A DNA stretch of 53,919 nucleotides from Planctomycetota bacterium. Lineage in GTDB: Bacteria > Planctomycetota > Planctomycetia > Pirellulales > JALHPA01. Each line of letters starts with the position of its first letter. Positions within the stretch are counted from its first letter, which is position 1. The notes beneath the pieces are model-generated. The model was given only the letters and a program-made list of their open reading frames with translations, was not told the DNA's origin and ran no database searches. This document shows, piece after piece, positions 52,129-53,919 of the stretch. Both the position numbers and the translations under genes were made by a program. Location: positions 1-53,919 of the forward strand of contig JAWXCH010000189.1 in NCBI GenBank assembly GCA_034440595.1, given 5' to 3'.

Positions 52129-53919
52129 ATGAGACGACCGTTTTATCACGTCTGCCAACTTACGTTTCTTGCCGCCGCGATCGTTTTCAGAACAGCTGTT
52201 GAGGTCGCACCAGCGAATATAGGGCCGACCGAAGCGGCGGAAAAGTCTTTGCAAACGAACAAAGAGGGTGCCATAGACTTCCGCCGCGACGTATATCCGA
52301 TTCTGCAGCAGCACTGTATCCGTTGCCACCAGGGTGTTGCGGCGAAGGCAAATCTTCAGATGATGAATCGGGCCTCGCTGATTGCAGGCGGAGATTCCGG
52401 GCCTGCGATCATTCCGGGAAACGGCAACGAGTCATTGCTTATTGATCTTGTTACCAGCGCCGATCCTGAGCGTGTAATGCCGGCCAAAGGCGAGCGCCTC
52501 GCTGCGGCACAGGTCCAAATGTTGCGATCGTGGATCGATCAGGGCGCGAACTGGGATGTGGAAAAGGAGTATGACTTGGCTCTTAAGCAAGTCACATTAC
52601 CTGCCGGCGACGGAAATCCGATTGATCGACTGTTGGCGCCGTATTTTGAACAACACGGCATGAAGTCGCGCGATTTGGTTAACGACGAGCGGTTCGCACG
52701 TCGGGTGGCGTTCGATCTTGTGGGACTGCCGCTCGATAATCAACAGCTGTCAGATTTTCTTGCAGATCTCAGGCCGACAAAGCGGGGAGAGCTCGCTCGG
52801 CGCTTGGTGGAAGACCAAGCGAATTACGCGGGCCACTGGATGACGTTTTGGAGCGACCATTTACGAATTGGGTCAGCTGTAGCCACCGGTATTTTCGACA
52901 ATGACGAGACGAAAGGGCCACGGAACTGGTTGAAGGTTGAACTCGAGCGCGACGTTCCTATCGACCACTTCGTGCAGGACCTAGTTGCCGGGGATTTCTT
53001 CGAGCAGTATGCGAAAAGCGTTGCTCCGGCCGGCGAAGTGGCCAGCCACGTAGACGTACCGGAAATGCAAGTGGCAACGACTATTTCTCAAGTGTTTCTG
53101 GGCCTGCAGTTGAAGTGCGCTTCATGTCACGACAGCTTCGTCGACCGCTGGAAGATGCAAGATGCATGGGGTTTGGCGTCTGCCTTGGCCGATGAGCCAT
53201 TCGATATCTATCGGTGCGAAATCGCGATGGGTAGGAAAGCGGTGCCCCGGTTCCCCCTTACCGGGCTTGGCGCGATCGATGCAGGTGCGGATAAGCAAGT
53301 TCGTCGCCGCCAAGTCGCGAATCTCATAACGACATCACAGAACGGTTTGTTTGCACGCACTATTGTTAATCGACTTTGGGCGCGACTATTTGGCCGCGGC
53401 CTTGTCGAGCCGCTTGACGAAATGATGGAGCATGATCCATGGAATGCAGATTTGTTAGACTGGTTGGCCGGCGAATTGATTCGACAGAAATATGACCTCA
53501 AAAAGTTGCTAGTGTTAATCACTAGCTCGCGCGCGTATCAATCGCCCGCTGTCGTACGCCAGCACCCGGTTGAAGCAAAAGACTATGTGTTCAACGGGCC
53601 GGAGGTACGACACCTCTCCGCGGAGCAGTTTGTCGACTGTGTGAGTATGCTGCAAGCGGGGGAATCGGACACACCTTTAGAAAAAAAAACACCACTACGT
53701 GCTTGGCAGCTTGAGAATAACAGTTTGATGATCATGCTCGGGCGGCCCAGCCGCGATGTGGTTGTAACAGCGCGTAACGAAGAGCCAACGCCATTGACGG
53801 CTTTGGAGATGATCAATGGGGAAGTGTTAGGCAACCTTGTGGACCAAGCGGCCGCCGCGCAGCTCAAGTATTCGCCGGAGGACGAAGTTTCATTAAGAAT
53901 TTTCTGGACATTGCTGGGA
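52129..53919 (+). CDS. Planctomycete cytochrome-c domain (PSCyt1) + DUF1549 + DUF1553 protein, 3'-truncated by window end
   Basis: ATG 52129 with a signal-like start. Heme motif QQHCIRCHQG, DUF1549-like NYAGHWMTFWSDHLR, LKCASCHDSF, and ARTIVNRLWARLFGRGLVEPLDEM...DLLDWLA. The frame is open for 597 codons to base 53919. It is absent from the ORF track because it has no stop. Confidence 0.85.
   Translation, partial: MRRPFYHVCQLTFLAAAIVFRTAVEVAPANIGPTEAAEKSLQTNKEGAIDFRRDVYPILQQHCIRCHQGVAAKANLQMMNRASLIAGGDSGPAIIPGNGNESLLIDLVTSADPERVMPAKGERLAAAQVQMLRSWIDQGANWDVEKEYDLALKQVTLPAGDGNPIDRLLAPYFEQHGMKSRDLVNDERFARRVAFDLVGLPLDNQQLSDFLADLRPTKRGELARRLVEDQANYAGHWMTFWSDHLRIGSAVATGIFDNDETKGPRNWLKVELERDVPIDHFVQDLVAGDFFEQYAKSVAPAGEVASHVDVPEMQVATTISQVFLGLQLKCASCHDSFVDRWKMQDAWGLASALADEPFDIYRCEIAMGRKAVPRFPLTGLGAIDAGADKQVRRRQVANLITTSQNGLFARTIVNRLWARLFGRGLVEPLDEMMEHDPWNADLLDWLAGELIRQKYDLKKLLVLITSSRAYQSPAVVRQHPVEAKDYVFNGPEVRHLSAEQFVDCVSMLQAGESDTPLEKKTPLRAWQLENNSLMIMLGRPSRDVVVTARNEEPTPLTALEMINGEVLGNLVDQAAAAQLKYSPEDEVSLRIFWTLLG

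Noticed and set aside
1-53919. CRISPR arrays, rRNA, toxin-antitoxin pairs, restriction-modification or other defence systems, prophage or integrase genes
   Set aside because: I looked for regularly spaced repeats, small paired ORFs, and nuclease, methylase, ATPase or integrase signatures, and found none. The only repeats are the MFS-tail duplication, a 12-nt tandem pair at 3003-3029, and the protein-level paralogy described above.

Overview
Gene-dense 53.9 kb window with about 45 CDS and mid-50s % GC by eye (not computed). It most likely comes from a Planctomycetota (Pirellulales-like) chromosome. The lineage hallmarks are a DUF1559 prepilin-like gene followed by a CarboxypepD_reg-type lipoprotein gene, a PSCyt/DUF1549/DUF1553 protein, a TIGR03067 fragment, and three proteins ending in a dockerin-like GDxNxxGxVxAADYVxWR motif plus a PEP-CTERM anchor. 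I found no rRNA, intact tRNA, CRISPR array, recognisable defence system or intact mobile element. The only mobile DNA is a decayed IS256-family transposase fragment fused to a duplicated 3' end of the neighbouring MFS gene. The window is dominated by catabolic genes. The main signal is five paralogues of one unassigned exported beta-propeller plus beta-sandwich (glycosidase-like, Asp-box-like S-x-D-G-x-x-W blades) family within about 30 kb. Three of them are the first gene of a co-directional block. Block A (18709->10798, minus) continues with a DHDPS/NAL-type lyase, two PhyH dioxygenases, Gfo/Idh/MocA, SDR and D-aminoacylase. Block B (28306->38897, plus) continues with GntR, HyuA, a hydantoin-type racemase, HyuB, a Cys-less SufS-like PLP enzyme and a HEAT-domain::Na+/solute symporter fusion. 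Block C (44881->52112, plus) continues with a DSD1/D-threonine-aldolase-type PLP enzyme, amidohydrolase_2, RidA, HpcH aldolase, SDR and a second amidohydrolase_2. A fourth paralogue is fused to a CBM-like domain and a PEP-CTERM anchor, and a fifth sits beside two sugar-sensor-type regulators. A canonical soxBDAG operon with an unusual upstream bicupin lies at 3.4-10.8 kb. The left 3.4 kb is gene debris around an M19 dipeptidase. All functional pathway readings are inference from family membership. No database search was possible.
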